From Callorhinchus milii (taxonomy: Eukaryota): DNA of 64,000 nucleotides. The DNA is taken from NCBI RefSeq assembly GCF_018977255.1, contig NW_024704743.1, positions 9,674,001-9,738,000 of the forward strand, read 5' to 3'. The position numbers and the translations under genes are program-made. The notes below the pieces were generated by a model. That model was not told the DNA's origin. It worked only from the letters and a program-made list of their open reading frames with translations, and ran no database searches. Of the stretch, positions 1-13,455 are shown piece after piece; the first letter of the stretch is position 1, and each line of letters opens with the position of its first letter.

Positions 1-409
1 TGGGAAGCTGGTGTGATATTAAACAATTTATTTCCCCTTTTTTCAAAAATACAAAGTTGCAAGTGCAACTCAGCTGCTTGTTATTAAAGAGAACACAAAC
101 AGGGTTTGGTAAAGGTTGAGTGAGTGACATTAGAGATGAAATTGCTCACCTCCTTCCCATCTTGAAATTCAACAAGGTCTGATGGATGTATAATTTCCCC
201 TTTTCATTTAAATAAAAGATTATATGTAAGAAGTTGAACGCGAATCATTTTCTTGCTGCCACAAGATAATGAAATTGAAAGACGTGCTGGGAAAAAGGAT
301 GTGTGTGGGGTGATGCATCCGTGGGATTGATATTGGAATAACATGAATGGGTTTTATTTCTTTTACTTCTCTTCCTAATCGCCCCCCAGACCACAAAAAA
401 TAAAATCAG

Positions 410-2110
410 TTCCTGTCTCGAGTAGTTTGTAATACATTTTTATTTTGCAATGAAAACAAAACTTTAGAGGGGGAAATAAGGTCGCTGTCGGCGGTTTTAT
501 TGTTTGAACTCTTCGTGGCAGGAGCACATCGGACGACTGATAACGAACAGAAAGGGAGAGGGTGGGTAGTGAGGGTAGGAAGCTCGTTCATTTCCGCGTC
601 TTATTGTAATAAATTACATATGAATTATTATGTAACAAGCGGTTGAAATCTGAGTGGATTTGACAAGTTCTCATTGAAGGATTACACTGAAATGTACGAA
701 ACACGCCTCTTGACTGTTCGTTGGTGTCTGGAGGGACTCCCGTTTTGTGCCTTGTGTTTCGGTTCAGTTTGGAGCATTCCCCGGTTTTTTTAACGTAGAT
801 GGAATGGAAAGTGCTTTAAAGGAATATATATATATATTTTGGAAAGTCTCTTTCCCCCTCCCCTCCGTTAAATGGCAATAATATAGGGTGCAGGGTAGGG
901 TGCGATATCTTCCTCTCGCTTTAGCCGCCCATTTTTTGTAATGTTAAAGCTCCTGACGTTTGTCCACTTGCGACAACATGATCTGCTGCAGTGTAACAAC
1001 ATGACGTGATCCTGGCTAGACTTTGTCACCGAAAAGACGAGCATGACTGAGGGCAGAGAGAGAGGGAGACAGACGCACACAGAGACGGTCCGGAGCCGGC
1101 AGACGGGGAAGTTATTTAGAGAGGGTTTAAAAGGCATCGCCGTTGCTATCATCTCGGGGGGTCGTGAATCGACGAGGAGATCGGCTCCGGGGGTCACATC
1201 GCTGCCAGCTCGGCGAGGGGGGCATAAATACGCAGATTTCGGAGAACTAATTGCTGATTTTTAAAAAAAAGAAAAGTGGTGGTTTAGATGGAGTATCGAA
1301 TTTTGTGGCGTTGTTAATTTTTTTTAAGCAGGACTGCGGATTTTTTTTCCCAAATGGGATTTTTGTGTGTGTCGATGTTTATGTTAATCTGTGCGAAATG
1401 CTTCAGCTGTAGTGATCTTAGTTGCTCCGCGTCGGGAGGGTGAAGGTATAAGGTTATTTGTGGCTGTTAGAGGCTGGACTCGGGGTTTAGACTTTTGTTT
1501 GGACCCACGTCGAGGGCGCTCGCTCAGGATTTCTAGGCAGATTTCGTTTTAAATGTCTTAAAATTAAGATTTTCGCTTGTCGTTTAAAACAACCATGGGA
1601 CAGAATTCCGTTGTGGAACGGGTGCAATTATGTTAGTTTGCGTCCTTTTTAAAAAGCGCCTGAATGTTGTTCCCTCTCTCTCTCTCTCTATATATATATG
1701 CATATATCTATATATATATATATATATATACATACACTAGAACGAGTTTGTTGAGAAGCGTTTATTTTTAAAATTTGAAAGTAACCGCAGCGCGGGGCGG
1801 GTCCTGCCATTGTTTGTAATGTGACTCGCAACACATTTTAAAACAACTTTTGTGCTCCAGATACTTCTGAAATTTTGCGTTCGGGTGAATATTAACTGCG
1901 ATTGGTTTGATTTAGGTTGTTTTAATTTAGCAGAGAGACCAGATTAAAGGATTGTTTTCCCTTTGGAAGATGAGAAATAAAATGGCGGCGGTTGGAAGTT
2001 TCTGGAAATGGCGCAGCGTCTTTGCCGAGTGCAGTTTAGTTTGGCACAGGATCGAGCGGCTGTGTTTGTCGGCATTGCCGGTGCTTCATTTCGCCTTGCC
2101 AGCCCGGCGC
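410..2110. promoter_or_regulatory. CREM: CpG-rich promoter region of CREM (P1-like) with probable non-coding first exon(s)
   Basis: Many CpGs against a CpG-depleted background. CRE-like TGACG at 954-958 and TGACGTGA at 1002-1009, GC box GGGGCGGG at 1794-1801, reverse CCAAT (ATTGG) at 1901-1905, YY1-type AAAATGGCGGCGG at 1979-1991 and AAATGGCG at 2006-2013. Lies 11-12 kb upstream of the first coding exon. TSS and first-exon donor cannot be fixed from sequence. Confidence 0.7.
1674..1731. repeat. Compound (CT)n/(TA)n microsatellite within the promoter region
   Basis: Directly visible. Confidence 0.95.
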
Positions 2111-4299
2111 TGTAAACCGAGGTCCCTACTGGTTGTTCAGGTCGATGTTAAGATCCCTTCACACTATTAGAGAAGAAAAGGGAGTTCCTCTCTCTCAGTG
2201 TCCAGGCTAACATTCCCCCACATAAAACTGGTCACTCCTCCATGGCTGTCTTTGGGTCCCACTGGCTGCCAAGTTTCACCCCTGAAATACAGAGTCCAAC
2301 CGCCGCCATTTTATTTTCTCAACCTCCAAAGCGAAAGTGTATCCTGTGAAGTGCTTTTGAGACATCTTAACTACGCAATAAGGCACTATATTATTTTTAT
2401 TATTTCTGCAGTGAGGCAGCTTTTAAAGCTGTTGTGAACCTTACCATGACGGAGCCGCAGCCCCCATCAACATCAGAGAGCCCATTTGATTGCTTCATAG
2501 TACTCCTGTTGTAATGATTGCTGGAAATATTGCAGACATTTGTCAAGGGTGGTGGCAGGCAGATTATTAAATTGTACTCAGTATTTACATTAATTTGTTC
2601 GAACCCACCTCTCAGCAGTACAATCGCTCCTTATTTAAATACCAGTATAGATTTGTAGCCAAGACTTTTATTGCATGTGGTTCACATTTGAAACTATTAT
2701 TTTTAGGTTCTTTCTGCAAATCGATTTTATGTCTCTCCTTAAATGAGTATAGTTCTGTTTTGACAGTTCCTTATTTAAATCTTCAGACTATCATGAGCTA
2801 TTTTGCAAGAAATTATTTTTGTTTAAAATGTGTTGCTGTGCATTTCTACTGATGGCATTTTTTAAAACTAGCTATTCTACTTTTCCAAGGTAATTCTTGA
2901 TTTCCTAGTCCAGTGTTTCTGGATTAAACAGTAATTTAATGCCATTGATGTTATTTTAAAATGTTGCTCTGCAGAATTATTTTAGTAATATGAAATGCAG
3001 GCACGATACCATCTTTTCAGATTTTTTTGATTTCCAAGCAAAGTTATCTCCAATGTTCATCTCAAATTTGTAGAGTATTTGTGAACAATAACTCTTGATT
3101 GAAGTTTGCCAAAATAATCTTCTATTAAACGCAATGCAAAGCTGGTTTTCTCTGGTATCAAATTTAATTTTGGCCACAAACTAATTAGATATTCTTTACT
3201 AATGTATGCAAAATTTGAAAGAATATTTGCAGAAAATTTACAGTTGAACTTCACTCATTTCCTATGATAATCTTTAGTATTTTCATATAGAGAGGCTTAT
3301 AAACAATAACTTTGATAATGGCCTTTATTTAAATTAAAATTGTAATCAAAACATATGAGAGAAAGTCAAAAACCTGTGAGAAAGTCGTTAGCAGAAAATA
3401 AGTGCATCATTTCAAATAATTATTTTTCAGAAAATGTTTTGGTGTTGTGCTTAATTAAATTATAAATATATACTTTTTGAGGGAGGTTTCAGATTCCAGA
3501 CCATATGGATTTGGTTTGGTATCATGGGTCACTAACATTTCCTTCCTACAAGCTATTTAGTTTTACAGCCAGAGTCATCCAACCATTTAATTTATCCTGC
3601 ACTTTTCTCCTCTTTCTGGACCTTGCGATTGACCATATAAACCTTGGTGTTTATCTTTTTTTCTTAAAAAAGTTTAGCATGCGTAGATAATTTTTTAAAA
3701 AAGTTTATCTAATCTTACGTATGCTAAACTGTGTAGAGCCCTGAAACATAATTGTAATCTTATACTGAAAGTATATTTCTTATTTCATGGACGTGTTGCT
3801 TCAGGAGAGAGGTTAGAGATGTTTTCTCCAGAGTTTTACTTTTATGTGTATTGTATATGAATATTTTATATACATTTTATAAGAACCAAAATAGATTGCA
3901 AGGGACTGTTCAAGAATGTATTAAATGAGAATATGTTGGAACAGAAATGGCTCTTCTAGCTCATCTTTCTGGTCATTATTAAGGACCCAATCCATTTCAT
4001 TTCCTTCCTACTTTGGACTAATTGGGATTTTGACTTTAAAGTTTTCTTTCATATAGGTTCACGTTGGACAGTCACTGAATGATGTAGCTGAGATATCCCC
4101 TTGCAACTCAAATGTGGCTGATCATTTTTTTCTTATGCAGTATTCACAACATCTTGGAGGTGTGAATAGTATTGGCATATGCAAATATGCTGGAATAGTT
4201 GCTGAATAATTGTTGAGTTCCATAATTGTGAATGCCAGGTTAAGCAACGTTTTCTAATTTCAGTTTTTATTGTCTCTTTGTTAAAAATTGTGAAGGATT

Positions 4300-4920
4300 T
4301 TATGAACATAGAAGTAGGCCATTCAGCCCATCGAGCCTGTTTTGCCATGTGATCTGCACCTCAACTCCATTTACTTACCTTTGCTCTCTATACCTTAATA
4401 CCCTTACCTAACAAAACTCTTATCGACCTCAGTCTCGAAAATTTGAATTGATCCAGCATCCACAGTCTTGTAGAAGAAAGTTCCAGATTTCCACTACCAT
4501 TTTGTGAAAAACTGCCTCCTGATTTTACTCCTAATGGGCCTAGCTCTAATTCAAAGGTTATGCCTGGATTCTCCCACCAGAGGAAGTAGTTTCTCTGTAT
4601 CTACCCTATAATTTTTCATTTTAAACACATCAGTTAAATCATTCCTCAACATTTTAAACACAAGGGAATACAAAACACGTTATGCCATCTGTCCCCAGTT
4701 AACCCTTTAAGCCCTGGTATAATTCTGGTGAATCCGCGATGTACCGCCTTCAGGGCCAATATATCTTTCCTGTGGTGCAGTGCCCAAAACTGAACTCAGT
4801 ATTCCCGATGGAGTCTGACGAAAGCTCGGTACAACAGAAGCATAATTTCCTCACCTTTTGTATTCTAGCCCACTTTTGATAAAGGCCAACATGGACACCC
4901 AAATCCCTTTGCTCCTCCAC
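4300..4920 (-). mobile_element. Degenerate CR1 3' fragment
   Basis: GAACATAGAAGTAGGCCATTCAGCCC-type CR1 end, with similarity to the 50.4-51.1 kb copy. Related short CR1 ends at ~5490, 5905, 30283, 30553, 45445, 48175, 56125 and 62910. Confidence 0.75.
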
Positions 4921-7900
4921 AGTTAAGAAAATAAAATTAAGTTAAAATTCCTTCCTACAATCTAACTGAACCTTTTTTGCATCCCTTTCAGTCTTGCACA
5001 GTTTTATCCAGCAGAGGGTTTGGTAAACAACTTTTTCCCAAGCCCTCTGCCACTACTTCATATAGCCAGTTACTCGGAGATGTGTTGAAGTGACTCAGGA
5101 TGAGTGACCTGTTGAAGTTTCCTTCTGACCCAAGTTTTGACTTGATGCCCTTTCCTTGATGAAATGGTTGAAAGTAGAAGCTTACCACTGTGAAGGGTCT
5201 CGGTTGTTAATTGATGTAGAACGATTGAACGTTTTGAAAGCCAATCCTGAAATCGTACAAAATTAATTTTGGTTTTACTCTAAATTCAATGCTGCCTGAC
5301 TTTATGACTGAAAAGCCTTATGACAAATATAACTAATAATATTTCAATGTACAAAAAAATTGTCTGCATTGTATGCCCTGAGTTCTAAGTAATAAAGCAC
5401 TTTATTAAACAATATTGTAATGCACTTTGTTTGATTTCCTCTCTTGGTATTGGAATGTAGAATATGTGTGAATTTTTGCCTTATAGATTTTCATAGATTC
5501 ATAGAATGTTACGGCACAGAAGGAGGCTATTCGGCCCATCAAGTCTGTGCCGGCTCTTTGACAGAGCAAGCCTTGTGTCTTACAAACATTCAGGTTGGTA
5601 GGAAGCTGAAGATTTTGCATGGGGTGTGGAGTATTTGGGATGTGGGAGGCAATTTCTTCCAGATATTTCTATTTTTGATTGACTTGGATACAATGGATAT
5701 GTAAGGGGTATTCTATAATATAAAATAATAAGATTTATTTAAGTGGGTTGATATTTTGAAATTTACAGTGACTTGGTGATTGGGTTATGTTATTTGTTTT
5801 ATGGTTCTAGTTATGTATACTAGTGAAGCTGCACTGCTAGTGCATATGCCACATTGTTACTGCTAAGAACATTTTACCTTTAACTGACTACCTCAAGGTA
5901 AGTTAACATAGATTTACATAGAATGTACAGCACAGAAGCAGGCTGTTTGGTACAATTTGTTCACATGAGTTTCCACCCACACCTTATACCCTTCCATTTC
6001 CTCCCTTCTATTTTTCTCGCTTCCTCTTAAATGCATTCAATACTATCTGATTCAAACATCGCATTGGGCAGCGATTCTCATTACCGTCTGCTGAAGCAGT
6101 TCCTCCTAAATTCTCTTTTGTATCCCTCGTGCTAACTTATACATGTGGTTACATACATCTGGTTACAAACTCTCCAACCACCTATTTATTGCTAATCTTA
6201 TCAAACCTTTTATAATTTGAACATCTCTATTTAGGTCCTCTTTTAAATGTCTCTTGCAAAAATACACCTAATTTATCCAGTCTATCCTGATAGCTGTAAG
6301 CTGCCAGTTCTCGAAAACTACAATTCAGTTTCCTAGGACAAATTCTTTACCGAATCTGATGAGCAATTTTTGATTTTTTTACCCCGAGTAAACCTACACT
6401 ACTCTTTCCATCGCGGCTGTTCTAAAAATATTTTTTTACATAAGAAATGTTTAAAAAAGCTACAATTTATTACAATAACAAAAATGTATAAATGACAAAC
6501 CATGTAAGAGTTATAAAAATATACACAGCCCAACTAACTTCTCAGGCCCTTCAGTTCTTAAATCCATGAACTGAACACTGCATATCTTGTACATACTGTG
6601 TTCACGGAGGACTGCTCATTGGACTCAGTAAACAATTTGCCCTAGGATATTATGGATTACTGGCCTCCTGGATATGAATCCAGCTCAGATTTATGGATTG
6701 CTGTTAATTCATGAAAAGTTTGCTGCTAAACCCCTATCTTTAAATAATTTGGGACGGTTAATATTCCCAAATGTGGGAAGGGTCCACGGTTCTAAATTCT
6801 TGCTAATTTATTCTCCAATTGTCTTTTTTTGCCACATATGGCTGATATGAGAAAAATCTAGGTTGGTGGGGAAAATGTTTTTTTGAGGTTGGAATAGAGT
6901 GGCGGAACTTTTATTACAACCAAGTTTTCACAGCTGGTGACGTGATTACTTCTCTTATGTTTTGGATCTGGAGTCCATTAAACATGCTTTTCTGCTTTTA
7001 TAGTCGTGTGCTGAAAAATGTCGATACATTTGGGAGGGGCTTCAACCATACAGAAATAATATCAATGTTTTCACTAAGTGCGTAAATAGAGTCCTGAAAC
7101 CAGATTAAATTATTAGCAAACACAGAAAGGAACAAGTAAAGCAGGAAGGTATGGACCAAAAAACAGTTGAAGGAAAGGATAGAAAGCACAGATGTTAGAA
7201 CTGAAGAAAGCAAGGTAGATGTCCATATAAATATATAATAATCCCTGCATTTGATATAGCGCCTTATCCCATCTTCAATACACCTCAAAATGCTTCAAAG
7301 AATATACTGTAAAGTGAATTAATTGTATATTTAGCTTAGTGGTTAGAGCACTCGCAAGCAAGAGGACCTGGGTTCGATTCCCTGGGCGAAATGTTGGGCA
7401 AGTTTCCTTACTCCACAAGCCTCTGTTTACCTAGCAGTAAGTAGGAACACAGTTGTTAGCCGATTGGCGGATCGCTTTTCTGAGGGTAATAATCTCTTCA
7501 AAAAAAATTAATAATTTGGTCACTGTTTGTGGAACATTGCTGTGTGCAATTGGCTGCTGCGTTTCAGCCGCAAAATATAGTCAATTCACTTCATAATAAA
7601 TTTTGTGAAGTGCTTTGAGACGACTCGAAGTTGTGATAAGGCGCCATATAAAATGCAAGGATTATTATTCTTACATTAAGCGCTCTGAAACACCATCCGG
7701 GCACTATATAAATTCACTTTGTTGTATTATTTGGGTGCTACGCGGGAGCCAATTAATCACACCAGTGTCCCACAAACAGTTGTGGGTTGAGTGCCCAAAT
7801 TATTTATTTATTTATTTATTTTTTGAAGGGAAAGCAATCCGCCAATCGACTAACAACTGGGTTCCTACTTACTGCTAGGTGAACAGATGTGTGGAGTAAG

Positions 7901-8053
7901 GAAACTTGCCCAATGTTTTGTCCTGGGAATCAAACCCAGGTCCTCTCACTTGCGAGGCGAGTGTTCCAATCACTAAGATACAGGATTCGATAACTTAATA
8001 TAGACACTATGGCAACTAGCAAGGAGGTGCAATAACTGAAGGAAAATTCACAG

Positions 8054-8546
8054 CAACAACAACAACAACAACAAGATTCCATTTATAAAGCGCCTTTCAC
8101 GTCAGGAGGACGTCCCAAGGCGCTGCACAGTTGGGTCATGACCCGAGCAGGGGGGAAATGGTCAGGGTGAGGGGAGGGAAGGGAGGGAGCAAGGAGGGGG
8201 GAAATGGTCAGGGTGAGGGGAGGGAAGGGAGGGAGCGAGGAGGGGGAAGAGAGTCGAGAGGGGAGCTGAAGGCTCGGTCAAAGAGAAAGGTTTTGAGACC
8301 GGCCTTGAAGGAGGAAAGGGAGGAAGCAAGGCGAAGGCACTGGGGGATGGAGTTCCAGAGCCTGGGGCTGAGAGGCTGAAGGCCCGACCACCGATGGTAG
8401 GGCGGTTGGGGCGGGGGACGTGGAGCAGACCAGAGCCAGAGGAACGGAGGCTACGGGCAGGTAGGTAGGGGGATAGTAGGTTGGAGAGGTAGGAGGGAGC
8501 AAGGCCGTGAATGGCCTTGTAGGTGAGGATGAGGATCTTGAATTCA
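8054..8546 (-). mobile_element. L2 LINE 3' end, near-identical to 20660-21146
   Basis: (CAA)n tail at 8054-8073 and reverse complement of the same 3' UTR and ORF2 end. Confidence 0.92.
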
Positions 8547-9439
8547 TTAAAAACAAGTGGTGGTCAGGTGGCCCATTTTGTAGATAAATACTAGGTATTA
8601 GGAATAAAATTAGAAATCTGGATTCCTGCTCTTAATTGTGAATGTGTAACATTGGCATCACGAGAATTTGCTGCTCATTGTAGAATGCGGGGGTCAACTT
8701 ACAGAAAAATAGAATGCTCTGCAGGGTGGAAAGGATGAATGTTCATGATGGAGCACGTGACAAATCAAATGGATGAAACTGCATTGGGTGACAGTAACAT
8801 GAACACATGTGGATTGCGGTAAGCAATATTAAGGGAGGAAACTTAACTGTTGACGACCAGGTCCAGAAGAACCATTTTGCTCTGAAACTTTTTTCAAATT
8901 AGGGAATTTGAAAAAAAAGTGTTTATCGTTTAATACAATGGTTATGGATGACCAGATTATTTGGAGGATTATAATGGGGGTGGGTTGGGGGGAAGGAGCA
9001 AAAAAAGGTTCTGGGTGTAATGCTGGACTGCTACATGATCTAGCAAGTCATATATACATGATTCTTCTATAAGAGGTTGATGAGATTATATCTGATATTA
9101 TGTAACTAGGGAATAGTAGAGTAAATCGCATAGATACAATGAAAGAAAAAAGGTTGAGATCAAACAAGTTCACGCATGGTGCTAGGCCAGACTGACACCT
9201 ATACCCCATTCCACGTTCATTTCAACAATACAACTACACTGAATCCACCCACTCACAAGGGGAGCTCAGGAATCCAACCCACCTGCCCGACTCATTCCTT
9301 CACCCCCTGCTGGCAATTTAAGGAATAAGGTCTGGAACATTTATCTCCAGCAGTTGAGTGATCTACAGAATGGCTGAGCTCATCTTCAATGACCCCTATA
9401 CCCTATTATAATTGCTATCAGCAATGTAAGTGTGACAGA

Positions 9440-10500
9440 GTTAGGCTTCCTGTCTGTAACTGGCAATCTGTCCAAACATTTCTTGAATGGGTGGATGTTA
9501 CTTACACAGATAGTATCACGCAGGAGCCTGTTTCAGTTGTCGATCACTCCCTGTGTGGTGAAATGCTATCTCACGCCGAGATAGAAGTGAGTTATCCAGC
9601 TTGAAGATGGGGTCTCCAGTTATGGAATACACACACTGAAGAATTTGCCATCTGTCACTTGTATTGAATGTCGAAGACCTCAACAAGACCACAGGCTCAT
9701 TTCCTTAAGCCCTTCATTGTAATGGTGCCCGCCCCCCACACACACACCTTTCTTGTACATACAATTCTTCCAGGCGTGGTACCCTGAAGAAGTATACTGT
9801 CGGAGTATGGATAAAAGGCAGGTAAACGGGAATGAAATTATTACTCTTTAAAACAGCCAGCACTGATATGATGGGCTTCGTGGCCTTCTGTGCTGCCAAT
9901 GTCTATGGTTTTAGATCCGGAAGCACTTCAATATTTGAGATAGGAAATGCCATTCTTGGTCAATCAGCTTCAGTGCGAGTGGGCCTAGCACGGGTGGTGG
10001 AGTGGGGGTTTCCACCATTCAGGGTAGTCAAAGTTGTTTTTTGTTGGCTGAGGCATATTGATACTTAATTTCCATATATTAAAGGATATCTCATTACTTT
10101 TTGCCCATCGAAATATCCTATTTAGATCAGTTTGCAGTTTGTCTGTCGCCTCTCTAGATACTTGATTGGCTCCAATTTCTAGTGCCATCACATCAGTGAT
10201 CACAACCATAACTTACTACATAAGTAAGCATAAACATTATGTATGTTTATAATAAATAGAATAATTAACAGTATTTCACAGAGACCCCATTGGGTATAGG
10301 CCTCCATTGGATTATTTTCTATTAAAGATTATGCTTTCTGTTACTCTCTAACCACCTAGAGACTACTGCCACAACTCTAATTTTTGAGACCTGTGCAAGA
10401 CATTGTCAAAAGGTTTTTAAAAATCAAGGTAGATTATATCTTCGTCCACTCCCCTAGACTGCTCTAACGTGTCCTCCCAGTGGGGAGGAGTTGGGTTTTG
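9440..10500 (-). mobile_element. Highly degenerate CR1-like LINE RT relic
   Basis: Minus-strand remnants DIIYLDF, KLQTDLNRIFRWAKSNEISFN and a C-terminal F-T-Q-G-V-I-D-N...FKKCLDR. A separate + strand CR1 relic follows at ~10740-11520. Confidence 0.65.
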
Positions 10501-13341
10501 CCATCTGGAGAGGGATGCTTCTCCAGTGGAGGGCATTGTTGGGTTAGGCAGGGTATCTGGCTTGAACTGGAACCTGCGCTCAGTCCCCAGATATTGGCTG
10601 CATGATGTCATGGAACCAGAGCTTTGCCACCCAGATCTGATTCCATGGTGGGACCGTGTTCTCTTCACATGTACATGTCTGCCTGGCTTTGACACCCATG
10701 CTCTGCTATCCCCAGCAAAACCATGTCTTTTATAAATATATTGGCAACAAACATGATTAATGTAATAATAAGTCCCCTGAAGGATCCAAAAGAGGATATA
10801 ATATTGAATTACCTAAGGAAATGGATAACTTTATTTGTTAGCATCAGGACTGGCGGAGAGAAATGTCATTCCAAGTGGAAAATGAGGTGAGATTCTAAGT
10901 ATAATAAATAGTGTAGGTGAAGAGGTTCCAGGCTTAAAGCTTTGTAGTTGGATAAGACACCTGCCCTGTTGGGTGCACACAAGGCTACTTAAGGAAGTAG
11001 ATGTTGAAATTACTTATTTTCTACAGGATATTTTTGGAGAACATAACATAACATCAATTTACAAAACGGCAAATGATCATGGGAACTACTAGCCCATGAG
11101 TGTGCCATCTATTAGAAGATATTGTGAAAGGGAATAATAAAGTACCTGCTGAAATATAGCATTGTAAGAGGGAATCAGAATGGCTTTATGGGAGAGAGGG
11201 AGAATGTGAATTGCCAATCTCTTAGAGTTCTTTGAAGAGATAACTGAACTTGGGAAACTCAGGAAATGATAAATGTTCATTTAATGTGGGAAATGCAGTG
11301 ATGAGATTGGGGAAAAACGAATAGTTAAATAGTATTAATCTACAGGACACAACACCGGCATTAAGGATTTCTGGTTGATGGATCACTGAAACCAACAAGT
11401 TTGACAGTAGTAAAGAGAATGGAGCTGAGTTAGGCTGTACAACTAAAGATATAGAACATAAATCTGAGAAAGTGATTGAATATCTACAGAGCACTGTTTT
11501 TATTAGTCAGCCCGTACCTGACCATATGGAAACCCATCACAATGGTTGAGTATCCAAACCCAACTGAGCTTCATGCACCCCATTTATTCATGGAAATATT
11601 TATTGGAATGGGATGCACAATCTCTCCCTGGAGGGACACATCCTGCTTGCCTAATTCCGGAGATTATTTCTCAATATATAAGATATTGTTTCTCAATATC
11701 TTGATTGTGGTAAAATGAGGGCAATTCTATATTGATTATGGTTGTGAGCACATTGAGGCTTGAAATAAGGTTTGTTAAACTGCAGAACATTAAGTGGATT
11801 TCAGGAGTCACCTGACTGTCCACGGCTACACAATTATAATTAAACTTTATTACTGATACAAAATACTTTTTAATGTAAAGTTGGCAGTGAGGTAGTTGTA
11901 TTCTATCCTTTTTAGAAAATGAATCTTGTTTGTTATTCCTGGTGGTACATTCAAGAGAGGGTGAAGTCTGGTTTAAACATTTATCCATGAAGTTTTCATA
12001 TTTTTCAAAACAAAATTTTATACTGCAGGTTTACATATAAAATTGACTATCCCAATAGGAGGGATGCTAGAGATGCATTGTTACGTTAATAGGCCTTTAG
12101 TGAAGCAACATTCAATGTAATATTGTAGTTTCGTAGTTTTTTTCAGGGTTGATCCTTTAAATTAATTTAGCCCTGTAACAACAGTCGCCCACAGTCATGT
12201 AGGTTCATCTTTTTTGCAAACAGTAAATAGTAATATATTTAGTAGCATTTGTCCAAAGCAGTGAAACCAAAGCTTTTAACTTATGTGTGCAATTACAGTA
12301 TTGCTTGTTAGTTAATTCCCTTTGTAAACACGTTTGTACAACTTGGACAGTAAACACGTTTTTCACATCTCAAACAATATACATTTGTTTTGCACAACTT
12401 CAAAAATGGACACATTCAGTTCAAGAGGAAACAGCAATGAAAACAGATTACTTGTAACAGTAATTTCTTTGTAAAAACATGAATTTATGCAGCATGCAAC
12501 CTTGAAAGGTAAATATTGCAAATCTCCTGATTTAGTGATTTGTTAATCCCAAAATAATTTCTAAATATTTGGATTGTAACCTTTATTGTGCAATCTTGTA
12601 CACTACTTTAATGCAACATTTAAGTGTGATCCTAATTGTAAAATACAAATCCATTATATTGCATTGCAGAGGTTTGTCCTTTGAAACTGAAATATCTTAT
12701 ATGGTAATTGATTTTACTTTCACTTGGCAGCAGCATTGAAATGTTATGCAACTGAAAGCAACATTAGTATTTCTAGAAATGAAAATGTCCACAAAGTCAG
12801 AGAAAAAGGAAAGGCAGAGAAGAGCTGGTAAATATGGTACTGTAGTGACAATGTAACTCTTGATGGAAGAAGTTTTAGGATAGCACTGTAACCAATTTAT
12901 ATTTACAAGATGACCCATTATCTGCACTGTTTACATATCATAATCAGTGGACCCAGTTAGTACAGTTTTCTACAGTACTCCCAAATCCCACTTCTTTGCT
13001 GTACACCATATAATCTTAATTTGGAAGCCAGTTTTCTACAGTTCTTGAAAACTGACATACAAGTTTAAAGTGAATTTAAGAATTTTTCAATTCTACACAA
13101 TCTTAAACGTTTAAGACAATTGGCCTTAAAACTAAGACCATGAAGAATTCTGGGTCTCTGCTCTTTACCAATGTGTATTTTACTTTCACAGTCCTTTTGC
13201 AGCGTATTTTAGCATATTTTGAATTTCATCTATGTATGAAGAACATAACTTAGTTATTTAGGTTCTGAATATATCTACGTGAATTTTACTATGTGCTTTC
13301 TGATGCAAATGTGGTTTCTGTATTGTACATTTTGCAGACAA

Positions 13342-13455
13342 ATGACCATGGAAACAGTTGAAAATCAGCAAGATGGCAATGTAAACGATTCAGTGACAGA
13401 ATCCATCCAGATACAAACTCAGAATTCTCAGAATCAAATCTCTACCATTGCACAG
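13342..13455 (+). CDS. CREM: CREM coding exon B (start codon): MTMETVENQQDGNVNDSVTESIQIQTQNSQNQISTIAQ
   Basis: Acceptor tttgcag|ACAAATG (exon starts 13338), donor CAG|gtaatc, 114 nt, phase 0. Matches the MTMETVE...AQ N-terminus of vertebrate CREM-tau. Confidence 0.95.

Noticed and set aside
868..1264. ORFs of 109 aa (-) and 73 aa (+) in the promoter
   Set aside because: No recognisable domain; expected by chance in GC-rich DNA.
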